A stretch of 64,000 nucleotides of DNA, from NCBI GenBank assembly GCA_965368975.1, contig CBDUPA010000020.1:32001-96000 (forward strand). The letters run 5' to 3'. This DNA is from an uncultured bacterium. GTDB taxonomy: Bacteria > Acidobacteriota > Thermoanaerobaculia > Multivoradales > JAHZIX01. Below are positions 11,100 to 19,627 of the stretch, piece by piece. The stretch's first letter is position 1; every line of letters starts with the position of its first letter. The position numbers were made by a program, and so were the translations under genes. The notes under the pieces were generated by a model. It was not told the origin of the DNA. It was given only the letters and a program-made list of their open reading frames with translations, and did no database searches.

Positions 11100-12734
11100 T
11101 CACGCCCTTGGCGTGGCGGAGGTCCATTCAGCGATCCAGAGGGTGCGCTTTCCGGTGACCCGGAAACGGTGGTCGAGAGTAACCGTTGGAACCCAGACTA
11201 CTTGCCCTTCTACGCAGAGCAGCGGCAAAGAGTTCCGGAGTTCCCGGGGTACCCGGCGATCGATCAAGATCTCTTTGAGGCGGCGCTGGTAGGAGCAACC
11301 CAGAGGTTGAAGGCGATCACCGGCCCTACGGTTTCGAACGGTCACCTCCGCGCCATCCGCGAGTGGGAGTTCGAGGAAGGCGCGAGCGCGCACCAGGTTG
11401 CCAGCTTCGGGCTCGCTCCTGGGGGTGAAGAGTGCGCGCGCGTCGACCCCGCCATCCAGGCGGGCGGCCACGGCGCCCTGCTCACGGTAACGATGCCACT
11501 CGTCCGGCGACCCCCGACGTAACCGCAGCCGCAGAGACAGCCGTGGCACTGCCAGGGACCCTGGCACGCTCGTAGTATAGGAGAAAAACGCCAGAGCTGC
11601 AGGCGTTCGATTCTCTTCCCCTGCGCGGACGAGGTGCAGGCGACCCTGCTGAAGGCGCCAGCTCCAGCCGTCACCGCAGTCACAACCGATCCGGGGCGAT
11701 CGATCGCAGGTGGCCGCCAGCTGCCGCTGCAGCTCGCCGAGCGCGGCCGCGCTTGCCGGGTGCGCAGCACCTGCGTGCCGATGCAGGGCCGCTAATGCCA
11801 GCGGTTGCAGAGGGCCGGGCAACGTCAGCAGCCGCTGAGGGTCGATGCTCACCTCGCCCAACCGGACCTCTTCGGGTGTCGCAGCTCCGCCATCTGCGTC
11901 TCGGTTGTCCACGCCTCGGCAGTCCACGAAGGCGAGAAGAAACTCTTCGATCGCAGGCCTCGCTGCCTGCAGGCGCTGCGCCACTCGCGCCAGTCGCGTG
12001 CCGAGGGCGGTGCGCAGTCCCCGGTCCGGAGGGCTCCGGGTGCAGTCGTTTCTGCCCACCGCCTGGCCCTCGAGGTGTGGCAGCACGTAGTGGCGGATGA
12101 GATTGCGCGGTCGCGCCAGGTCCGCGTTGGTCGGGTCCGTCACCGGTTGCAAGTCCGGGGCAACCCGCGCGCGCCAGGTCGCAAGCTGCTGCCGCGAGCA
12201 GGTGAGCAGGGGGCGGACAATCGGTCCCCGTCGCAGCTGTACGCCAGCCAAGCCCAGGAGTCCCGATCCCTGTCGTAGTCGCAAGAGGACCGTCTCTGCC
12301 TGATCATCGCGGTGATGGCCTGTCAGCACATACCGCGCACCGAGGCGCAGCCGTAGCCGCTCCAGGGAGCGGTAGCGGGCGGCGCGCGCCGCGGCTTCGA
12401 TGCCGCCCTGGTGGCGTGCGTCGATCTGCAGCCGTTCGACCCGCGTCTCGACCCCCATCTGCCGAGCCAGCTCGACAGCGCGGCGTGCACGTTCCTGGGA
12501 ACCCGCGTCGAGGCAGTGGTCCAGATGAACGCTGACAATCAGCAGCTCGAGATCCGCAGCAAGGCGGGTGAGTGCCAGCAAGAGTGCTGTCGAGTCAGGG
12601 CCGCCGGAGAACGCGACGAGAACCCGCTCGCCGGGTGCAACCGGGGCGATTCTCCGCAGGCAGCTGTCGAGTACGCGGACGGGGTCCGGGGTGGGGTCGG
12701 GGCTCGGGGTGCCGGCTACAGAAGGTGGACGAAT
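11100..12734 (-). CDS. tilS: tRNA(Ile)-lysidine synthetase; start non-canonical or unresolved
   Basis: In-frame VLVAFSGGPDS PP-loop (12608-12591) lies upstream of the ORF-track TTG at 12581. Also HLDH, EAAARAARY, GHHRDDQAET, DPTN..RN and a C-terminal TilS_C domain. The 5' end is placed tentatively at the in-frame ATT 12734. Confidence 0.9.
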   Translation of the reverse strand: MRPPSVAGTPSPDPTPDPVRVLDSCLRRIAPVAPGERVLVAFSGGPDSTALLLALTRLAADLELLIVSVHLDHCLDAGSQERARRAVELARQMGVETRVERLQIDARHQGGIEAAARAARYRSLERLRLRLGARYVLTGHHRDDQAETVLLRLRQGSGLLGLAGVQLRRGPIVRPLLTCSRQQLATWRARVAPDLQPVTDPTNADLARPRNLIRHYVLPHLEGQAVGRNDCTRSPPDRGLRTALGTRLARVAQRLQAARPAIEEFLLAFVDCRGVDNRDADGGAATPEEVRLGEVSIDPQRLLTLPGPLQPLALAALHRHAGAAHPASAAALGELQRQLAATCDRSPRIGCDCGDGWSWRLQQGRLHLVRAGEENRTPAALAFFSYTTSVPGSLAVPRLSLRLRLRRGSPDEWHRYREQGAVAARLDGGVDARALFTPRSEPEAGNLVRARAFLELPLADGAEVTVRNRRAGDRLQPLGCSYQRRLKEILIDRRVPRELRNSLPLLCVEGQVVWVPTVTLDHRFRVTGKRTLWIAEWTSATPRA

Positions 12735-12755
12735 AAGCGGCAGGGGGGAAGAGGT

Positions 12756-12832
12756 TGGTGGCGGTGACGGGACTCGAACCCATGACCTAGCGATTATGAG
12801 TCGCTCGCTCTAACCAGCTGAGCTACACCGCC
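12756..12832 (-). tRNA. tRNA with CAT anticodon (elongator Met or Ile2; not initiator)
   Basis: GGCGGTG..CACCGCC-ACCA acceptor stem, AGCGA-CTCATAA-TCGCT anticodon arm, GGTTCGAGTCC T-arm. The G1:C72 pair and absence of GGG/CCC exclude fMet. Confidence 0.95.
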
Positions 12833-12890
12833 AGTGTGCTGCGTCTACAGCATTCTTCCGCGCGCGAGGCGCGGGGAGAACGGAGCCGGC

Positions 12891-12896
12891 ATTATA
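12891..12896 (-). promoter_or_regulatory. Putative -10 box of the tRNA-tilS-ftsH operon promoter
   Basis: Perfect TATAAT on the minus strand ~60 nt upstream of the tRNA; the -35 is weak (CTGGCA). Confidence 0.5.
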
Positions 12897-13098
12897 GAGA
12901 GGAATGCACGGGAATGCCAGCTTTCCGGCTCGAGCCTCGGATGGCTGGCTCTAGGGGGAAGGCGCGGCATGGCGCAAATCTTGGACGGCCGCAGCGCGGT
13001 CCTTGGACTGCCGCTGGCTGCGGCCGCGGGTATCGCAGGCTACATCCGGATTCGGAGGGCGCCCCGCGATGGAACTCTGCCTGGAATTGCCCCGTCGA

Positions 13099-13419
13099 TC
13101 AGCGCAGGGACTGCTGGCAGCTGCGGAACTGACCAAAGAAGTCACGCATCGAGGTCGACAGCATCTCGTCGTTGAGGCGGTAGACCACGTTCTGTCCTTG
13201 CCGCTGGTCGACCACGAGCTCTGCTTCCTTGAGCACCGACAAATGGCGCGAAATCGTCGGCTGCGACAGATTGAAGTTGCCGACAATCTCGCCAACCGTA
13301 CGGTTCGAGGCCTCGAGCAAGCGAAGGATCTCTTGACGCGTACCATCTGACAAAGCCTTGAATACCTTGGTCATCTGCTTGCCCTCACGGTGCCCGTTGG
13401 TCGAAAGCATGGAATGCAT
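13099..13419 (-). CDS. ArsR/SmtB-family winged-helix transcriptional regulator (SdpR-like)
   Basis: VFKALSDGTRQEILRLL..SQPTISRHLSVLKEAELV..RQGQNVVYRL. AAAGGAG SD 8 nt before ATG 13419; alternative start 13374. Confidence 0.9.
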   Translation of the reverse strand: MHSMLSTNGHREGKQMTKVFKALSDGTRQEILRLLEASNRTVGEIVGNFNLSQPTISRHLSVLKEAELVVDQRQGQNVVYRLNDEMLSTSMRDFFGQFRSCQQSLR

Positions 13420-13763
13420 GTTCCTGGCTCCTTTCTGGAGACTGGAGTTCTGGTTTGGGGGCTGCTCTGTAACGTAGACAGATCTAAGTGACGGAACGAA
13501 AGTGCATCGGATGTATTTCACACCCCTCATCAGATGCACAGAGTCTAGGCACTAGATATTGAATTTACCTTGAGAACTCGCTCAGTCAAGTGGGCAGATT
13601 TGCTCATGTCCTGCGCAGAGAGGTGTAAACTTCTGTATATTCAAAACTTGAAGTCGGTTCAGCGGGCGAGGCAGGTGGTCTGGAGCGCATCCTTTGCAGC
13701 GGATCGCTCTCCTGAAAGGCTCCAAACAAGCGGGACTTCCAGGGATTCGAGCGCCAGAAACAG

Positions 13764-13792
13764 CAAGAGCCCCCGACCAGCGGGGGCTCTTG
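13764..13792 (-). terminator. Intrinsic terminator downstream of sodA
   Basis: Perfect 12-bp stem CAAGAGCCCCCG/CGGGGGCTCTTG with a 5-nt loop, followed by CTGTTTCT on the minus strand. Confidence 0.75.
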
Positions 13793-13855
13793 AAGATCCT
13801 GCTTTGAGCGCAGACTTTCCTTGGACTGAGGCTCTCAGATTCGGCTATCTCGGGC

Positions 13856-14464
13856 TCAGCTCAACGCAGCAGCATAGCGGCTGGCAACCGCGTTCCAGTC
13901 CACGACATTCCACCAGGCACCGATGTAGTCCGGACGGCGGTTCTGGTAGTTGAGGTAGTACGCGTGCTCCCACACGTCCAGGCCCAGGATCGGGGTATCC
14001 CCTTGCATCAGCGGGCTGTCCTGGTTGGGCAGCGCATAGACTTTCAGCGCGCCGTTGCTGACCACCAGCCAACCCCAGCCGGAACCGAACTGACCACCGG
14101 CGGCCTTGGCGAACTGTTCTTTGAAGGCGTCGAAGCTGCCGAAGGTGCTGTTGATCGCTGCAGCCAGGTCACCGCTGGGGGCTCCGCCGCCGTTGGGGCT
14201 CATGGTCGACCAGAACAGGCTGTGGTTGGCGTGGCCGCCACCGTGGTTGCGCACGGCACCGCGGATAGCGTCCGGCACGTTGTCGATGCCTCGCAGCAGA
14301 TCCTCGACGCTCTTGCCGCTGAGATCCGCGTGTCCGTCCACTGCCTTGTTCAGGTTGGTGACGTAGGCGTTGTGATGCTTGTCGTGATGGATCTCCATCG
14401 TGCGCGCGTCGATATGGGGCTTGAGGGCATCGACGGCGTAAGGCAGGTCGGGCAGGGTGTACAT
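13856..14464 (-). CDS. sodA: Superoxide dismutase [Mn]
   Basis: [16 protein letters not shown] (Mn-type GG), [18 protein letters not shown]; AAGGAG SD. Confidence 0.95.
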   Translation of the reverse strand: MYTLPDLPYAVDALKPHIDARTMEIHHDKHHNAYVTNLNKAVDGHADLSGKSVEDLLRGIDNVPDAIRGAVRNHGGGHANHSLFWSTMSPNGGGAPSGDLAAAINSTFGSFDAFKEQFAKAAGGQFGSGWGWLVVSNGALKVYALPNQDSPLMQGDTPILGLDVWEHAYYLNYQNRRPDYIGAWWNVVDWNAVASRYAAALS

Positions 14465-14648
14465 ACTGATGGGCTCCTTCCTTGCGGGTGCGTATTCTTC
14501 AGTGTGCTAGGTAGTAAAGTGAGCGTGACGTCTCCGAGAACCGGGGACACCAACGCATAGCCGCTATTCTTACATGAAAGCGGACCGACCCAGTACGGAT
14601 TCGCTGCCGGAGCTGTCGCGGCAGCGAGAAAATCTCGCAAAATCCTTC

Positions 14649-14677
14649 TTGACGTCGTTCCTGCCCTTGTGTATCCT
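14649..14677 (+). promoter_or_regulatory. Sigma70-type promoter of tRNA-Val/tRNA-Asp/rpmG
   Basis: TTGACG-N17-TATCCT, 21 nt upstream of tRNA-Val. Confidence 0.65.
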
Positions 14678-14698
14678 TGCGAACCCTGGCGCTGCGTA

Positions 14699-14775
14699 GG
14701 GGGGTTAGCTCAGCTGGTTAGAGCACCTGCCTTACACGCAGGGGGTCGCGGGTTCGAGTCCCACACCCCCCACCA
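14699..14775 (+). tRNA. tRNA-Val(TAC)
   Basis: GGGGGGT/ACCCCCC acceptor stem plus ACCA; CCTGC-CTTACAC-GCAGG anticodon arm. Confidence 0.96.
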
Positions 14776-14804
14776 AAGCCAGATGTCAGATTCGGAAACA
14801 ATGC

Positions 14805-14881
14805 GGGGTCGTAGTTCAGCTGGTTAGAATGCCGGCCTGTCACGCCGGAGGTCGCGGGTTCGAGTCCCGTCGGCCCCGCCA
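14805..14881 (+). tRNA. tRNA-Asp(GTC)
   Basis: GGGGTCG/CGGCCCC acceptor stem plus GCCA; CCGGC-CTGTCAC-GCCGG anticodon arm. Confidence 0.97.
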
Positions 14882-14962
14882 AGTTGTCCAAGCCCACTCA
14901 TTCACTCCCCCCTCAACGCAGCACGTGTCCTTAGAACACGTCGTGAGTACGGAGCCGCAGCC

Positions 14963-15118
14963 ATGCGCGAAAAGATCAAGCTCGTCTCCACCGCTGGAAC
15001 CGGCTACTTCTACACCACCACCAAGAACAAGAAGAAGACGACCGAGAAGCTGGTGCTGAAGAAGTACGACCCGAAGATCCGCAAGCACGTCGAGTTCAAA
15101 GAAGAGAAGATGCGCTGA
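14963..15118 (+). CDS. rpmG: 50S ribosomal protein L33 (Cys-less, zinc-free type); absent from the ORF track
   Basis: Manual translation [51 protein letters not shown]; GGAG SD. Confidence 0.95.
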   Translation: MREKIKLVSTAGTGYFYTTTKNKKKTTEKLVLKKYDPKIRKHVEFKEEKMR

Positions 15119-15277
15119 CGGGCCACGAGCTCAGCTCGTCCTGAGCCGGGCCTCTGGACAGACACGCTCAGCCCGCGACACCCGCCAAGGCGGTTTGCCA
15201 AGGTGGTGTTGCCACGAAGCCGGTCTCATATTCGAGCCGGCTTTTGCTGCGTCCAGCGTTTCCCTCGGCGCCGCTCT

Positions 15278-16168
15278 TCAGCTCGTCCCGTCCTCAGGTA
15301 GCTCGATCCCCAGTCGGTGGGTCAGATCCAGGATCGAGTAAGCCCAGCGCGCCACTGCTGCGTCGACGAACAGTCCGTCCTCCGTCGCGAAGCCACCTCC
15401 GTCAGAGTCTTCGAACAGCTTCTTGACCTTCTTGGCCAGTGCGATCTGGTCCGGTCGCGGATTGAACGCTTCGTGCACCGGGTCCAGCTGTACCGGATGA
15501 ATGCAGGCGGCACCGAAGCAGCCGAGGGCCTTGCCCAGGTGCAGGCGTTCACGCCAACCGTCTTCATCCTTGAAGCGAACGTAGGTCGGTACCGTCGGGG
15601 AGGCGATGCCCGCCGCCCGAGACGCCACGACCATCTTGGAGCGCGCCCACAGCGTTGCTTCCGGGATGTAGGAGTTGGCGTTGATATCGCCGCAGAAATC
15701 GCGCTCGCCGAGGGCCAATTGCACGACCCGCGGGTGCCGGGCCACGGCCTCACAAGCGAGCAGGCCGGCGGCGCTCTCGACCATGCCGACGATCATGACG
15801 CTGTTGGGCTCCAGACCCTTGCGCTGCTCGACCTCAGCCAAGGCCGTGCTGACCACGTCCAACTCCTCGATGGCGTCGAGTTTGGCCACCCACACGCCCG
15901 CCACCTTGTCACTCAAGGTCTCGAGATCATCGCGCCAGTAGGGACTCCGGGGATCATTGGTCCGGATCCAGACCCATGGGCCGCCCTTACGGGAATAGGT
16001 GTCGACCGCGGTGATCACCTTGTCTCTCGCCTCGTCCTTGTGACTGGGGGCGACCGACTCTTCGAGGTCGAGGATGACGGCGTCGGCACCGGCTCCGAAG
16101 GCTTTCTGCAGGATGCGGTCCCGGTCGCCCGGCGCGAACAGGAAGGAACGTGTCAATGGCAGTCTCAT
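15278..16168 (-). CDS. HpcH/HpaI-CitE family CoA-ester lyase (citrate lyase beta-like / malyl-CoA lyase-like)
   Basis: RSFLFAPG, GADAVILDLEESV, IRTN, MVESAAG, CIHPVQ motifs; start reassigned to ATG 16168. Confidence 0.85.
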   Translation of the reverse strand: MRLPLTRSFLFAPGDRDRILQKAFGAGADAVILDLEESVAPSHKDEARDKVITAVDTYSRKGGPWVWIRTNDPRSPYWRDDLETLSDKVAGVWVAKLDAIEELDVVSTALAEVEQRKGLEPNSVMIVGMVESAAGLLACEAVARHPRVVQLALGERDFCGDINANSYIPEATLWARSKMVVASRAAGIASPTVPTYVRFKDEDGWRERLHLGKALGCFGAACIHPVQLDPVHEAFNPRPDQIALAKKVKKLFEDSDGGGFATEDGLFVDAAVARWAYSILDLTHRLGIELPEDGTS

Positions 16169-16298
16169 GACGGGAGAGTATAGCGTCCGCTGCCGCCGCC
16201 CAGGGCATCGGAAGCGGTAAACTGGAAGCTCGCCGTGTGGTCCCGCGAGCCCGCATCTTGCCGATGTCCCTGCTGTTGCCGCCTGATGGAGAAGCCCG

Positions 16299-19200
16299 AT
16301 GACCGAGTCCACCGAAGCCTTTCGCCTCTCCCCTCAACAGCACCGCCTGTGGCGTCTCGATCCCGAAGGTCAGAGCGGCCTGCTGCAAGCGCGTGTTGTG
16401 CTCGAGATGGAGGGTCCAGTCCTGCCGGACCGGCTACGCGCTGCTCTGGAGCAGCTAGTCGCCCGGCACGAGGTGCTGCGCACCGGTTTTCGGGCTCAGC
16501 CGGGATTCAAGGTCCCTTTCCAGGTCCTCCCGGAAGACCGAAGTGTCGAATGGCACGAGGGGGCGGCACCAGGGGCTTTGACGCCGGAGCAAGTGCGCGC
16601 TGGTGGGCTGCATGCGTACTTCGAGCCCGAAGGCGCCGTCTCCCGGTTGCATCTGGCTGTGCCGTCGGCCTGCCTGGACGCGCCGGGCTGGACCGACCTG
16701 GTGAACCAACTGGCGGCGTTGTACGCTGGCGCGGGCACTGCGGACGGCGATGCCGACGTGGCGGCAGAACCGCTGCAGTATGTCGATTACGCGGAGTGGC
16801 AGCTGGAACTGTTGGAGTCCGATGACCCGACAGCCGTCGCGGGTCGCGAGTACTGGCAGGCGATCGACCTGCCCGCTCTGGCCAGTCCTCGTCTACCGAT
16901 GGAGTTTGACACTCCAGCAATCCCTGAAGCCGCGCGCTCGAGCGTCGACTTGGACCTTGACGCCAACCTTGTCTCTGGAGTCGAGGGGCTCGCCGAGCGA
17001 CTCGAGATCCCGGCGCTGGCGATCTGGCTGAGCGTCTGGCGCTGGCTACTCGGTCGCCACCTCCGGCGCACCGGTGACGGCGCCGAGCCAGGCCTCGTGG
17101 TGCGCTTCGACGGCCGGGGCTTCGACGAGCTCGAAGGCGCGCTGGGCGCCTTTGCCCGCTGGTTGCCGCTGTCGGCGGATCAGGGAGTCCTGCACGACGG
17201 AGGCAGTGCCCTGCGAGCCGAGGACTACCTGCGCCGCACGGCGACGATCCTCCAGGAGCTGGATCAGAACCAACCCTTCTTTGCCTGGCCGGAAGCGCAC
17301 GAGACGCTGGTGCCTGCTTTCGGTTTCGAACAGGACGCACCGCCCGAGGTCGTGCCGGCGGGAGACGTCGAGTTCCGGCTCACCGAGCGCTGGGTCGAGG
17401 GTGATCGGACGCGCCTCACACTCAGCGTGTTCGGGCGCCGCCTGCGACTGAGCTACGACCAGCACGCCTTCGACGCCACCGACGTCGAGCGGCTGGCCGC
17501 CGAGATCGTCTCTCTCGTGTCAGGTTTGCTCGCCGCGCCCGAGCAGCCGATGCCGCGACTTCCGTATTTGCCAGCGCGCGAGCGCGCGCGGGTGGTCGAG
17601 GCGTTCAACGCCCAGGCCGCTGCGGGCGACGCTGCCGGGTCCTGGATCCCCGATCGCATCCTGGATGCGGCCGCCCGCCACCCGGATCGTGTGGCGGTCG
17701 TGTTCGAGAACACCTTTCTCAGCTACGGTGCTCTCGATCACCTTTCGGCCCTACTCGCGTCACGTCTGCGGACGCTCGGTGCCGATGGCTGCGAAGACGG
17801 CTCCAGAGGAGTCAGCGTCGATCACACCGTTGCCCTGTGCCTGGAGCGCTCGGCCCAGTTGCTGATCGCCCTGCTGGGAATTCTGAGAGCCGGCGCGGCC
17901 TATGCGCCGCTCGATCCGGACCAGCCACAACGCCGTCTCACTTCAATGCTCGACGATCTGGCCAGCGATGCCGGGGACGCCAGGCTCGCCCCGGTCCTGA
18001 TCACCGACCGCACCACACCAGAAATTCTCCAGGAGTCTGCGCGCGCAACCCTGTTCCTGGATGACCTGGCTGCCGCGGCGGTGCGTGGTGAGACGCCGGA
18101 CCCGGCGGACGTTCGCTGCCGGGTGACCCTCGAACCGGCCAGCCTGGCGTATGTCATCTTCACGTCGGGTTCGACGGGACGACCGAAGGGAGTCGCTGTC
18201 AGCCACGCTGCGCTCCAGCACTATCTCGGTGGTGCGACCTCGGCGATGGATTTGCCCGCGGGAGCTACCTACGCCACCGTCTCGACCTTCGGTGCCGATC
18301 TCGGGAATACCTCGATCTTCCCAGCCCTGTGCACCGGCGGTACTCTGCACGTGTTGTCCCGTGACCGTGCTGCTGACGCTGCCGCCTTCGCCGACTACTT
18401 CCAGCACTACACCGTCGACTGCTTGAAGATCGTTCCCAGCCATCTGCAGGCACTCCACGAGAGTGCTGATGGTCGTCGCGTACTGCCGCACGGTCGCCTG
18501 GTCGTCGGGGGTGAGGCCTCCGAGCGCGACTGGCTGCAGCAACTGGCGGCGTCCACGCCAGGTTGCCGCGTCTTCAACCACTACGGCCCGTCCGAGGCGA
18601 CCGTTGGATCGCTGGTACGCGAGGTCGATCCAGGTACCCCGCTCGACCGCCGCTGCGCAACCGTGCCGATCGGACACCCCCTGCCGGGGAGCCGTGTCTT
18701 CCTCCTGGACGCGCAGGGGCGCCCGGTGCCAGCTTGGGTTCCCGGTGAGATTCACATCGGCGGATCAGGTCTCGCGCGCGGCTACTTGGGACGGCCAGCT
18801 CTGACCGCCGAGGTCTTCGTGCCGGACGCGCTGTCCGGTGCTTCGGGCGGTCGCTTGTATCGCACCGGTGATCTCGCGCGTCACGTCGGGGATCCAAGGG
18901 GCGAAGGTGTCGAGTTCTTGGGCCGCGTCGACCATCAGGTCAAGTTCCACGGTTTCCGCATCGAGCTCGATGAGTTACGCGATGTTCTGAACCAGCATGA
19001 AGGTGTGCGCACCAGTGTCGTGCGCTTGCTGCAAGACCAGCATGGACACGACGTCCTGGTCGCGTACTACGTGTCGCGCCACGAGCTGGAGTCGGCCGAC
19101 CTTCGAGCCACCCTGGCGGAGGAGATTCCGGAGGAGACGTTGCCCAACGTCTTCGTCCACCTGCGCAAGCTGCCGCTCAACCTCAACGGCAAGGTCAACG

Positions 19201-19625
19201 TCGAGGCGTTGCCGTCGCTGGCTGAGGTGCGCGAGCGGATGGAGAAGGCTTTTGTGCCGCCGCGCAACGAGAGCGAGACCCAACTGGCCGAGATCTGGAA
19301 AGAGGTGCTCGGCGTGCCGCGTGTCGGCATCAACGACAACTTCTTCGAACTCGGTGGTCACTCGCTGCTGGCCACGCGCGTCATCTCGCGCATGCGCCAG
19401 CGCTTCAGCGTCGAGGTGCCGCTGCGGGCGCTGTTCGAGGTACCCAGCGTCGCCGGTCTGGTCGAAGCCATGGACGCTGGCCGCTTCAACGCCGTCGAGA
19501 AAGACGAACTGGATGACCTGCAGCCGGGTAGCAGTCTGGAACTGGAAGATCAGCTCGCCGAACTCGAGGCGATGTCGGACGAAGAAGCGGAAGCGGCGCT
19601 GGAGCGCGAGTCGATCCTGGACTGA
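16299..19625 (+). CDS. Stand-alone single-module NRPS: degenerate C (interface-like) - A - PCP
   Basis: LSPQQHRLW, RHEVLRT, LQYVDYAEWQ (C-fold); YVIFTSGSTGRPKGV, NHYGPSE, YRTGD, GRVDHQVK (A domain); FFELGGHSL (PCP). No TE domain. Confidence 0.93.
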   Translation: MTESTEAFRLSPQQHRLWRLDPEGQSGLLQARVVLEMEGPVLPDRLRAALEQLVARHEVLRTGFRAQPGFKVPFQVLPEDRSVEWHEGAAPGALTPEQVRAGGLHAYFEPEGAVSRLHLAVPSACLDAPGWTDLVNQLAALYAGAGTADGDADVAAEPLQYVDYAEWQLELLESDDPTAVAGREYWQAIDLPALASPRLPMEFDTPAIPEAARSSVDLDLDANLVSGVEGLAERLEIPALAIWLSVWRWLLGRHLRRTGDGAEPGLVVRFDGRGFDELEGALGAFARWLPLSADQGVLHDGGSALRAEDYLRRTATILQELDQNQPFFAWPEAHETLVPAFGFEQDAPPEVVPAGDVEFRLTERWVEGDRTRLTLSVFGRRLRLSYDQHAFDATDVERLAAEIVSLVSGLLAAPEQPMPRLPYLPARERARVVEAFNAQAAAGDAAGSWIPDRILDAAARHPDRVAVVFENTFLSYGALDHLSALLASRLRTLGADGCEDGSRGVSVDHTVALCLERSAQLLIALLGILRAGAAYAPLDPDQPQRRLTSMLDDLASDAGDARLAPVLITDRTTPEILQESARATLFLDDLAAAAVRGETPDPADVRCRVTLEPASLAYVIFTSGSTGRPKGVAVSHAALQHYLGGATSAMDLPAGATYATVSTFGADLGNTSIFPALCTGGTLHVLSRDRAADAAAFADYFQHYTVDCLKIVPSHLQALHESADGRRVLPHGRLVVGGEASERDWLQQLAASTPGCRVFNHYGPSEATVGSLVREVDPGTPLDRRCATVPIGHPLPGSRVFLLDAQGRPVPAWVPGEIHIGGSGLARGYLGRPALTAEVFVPDALSGASGGRLYRTGDLARHVGDPRGEGVEFLGRVDHQVKFHGFRIELDELRDVLNQHEGVRTSVVRLLQDQHGHDVLVAYYVSRHELESADLRATLAEEIPEETLPNVFVHLRKLPLNLNGKVNVEALPSLAEVRERMEKAFVPPRNESETQLAEIWKEVLGVPRVGINDNFFELGGHSLLATRVISRMRQRFSVEVPLRALFEVPSVAGLVEAMDAGRFNAVEKDELDDLQPGSSLELEDQLAELEAMSDEEAEAALERESILD

Positions 19626-19627
19626 GC

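Noticed and set aside
11100-12581. tilS as a 5'-truncated pseudogene
   Set aside because: The PP-loop is present in frame upstream of the called start and all downstream motifs are intact; treated as a start-site anomaly instead.
12905-12920. Sigma54 (-24/-12) promoter upstream of the CAU tRNA (TGGCATTCCCGTGCA)
   Set aside because: GG-to-GC spacing is 9 nt rather than the required 10; the TATAAT box explains the region better.
14747-14764. C-A mismatch in the tRNA-Val T-stem suggesting a pseudo-tRNA
   Set aside because: A single mismatch with all other arms and CCA intact and a strong promoter; tolerated variation or a sequencing error.
14699-16300. Integrative element at tRNA-Val/tRNA-Asp carrying the NRPS
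   Set aside because: No integrase, no duplicated tRNA 3' end seen, and rpmG follows the tRNAs directly.
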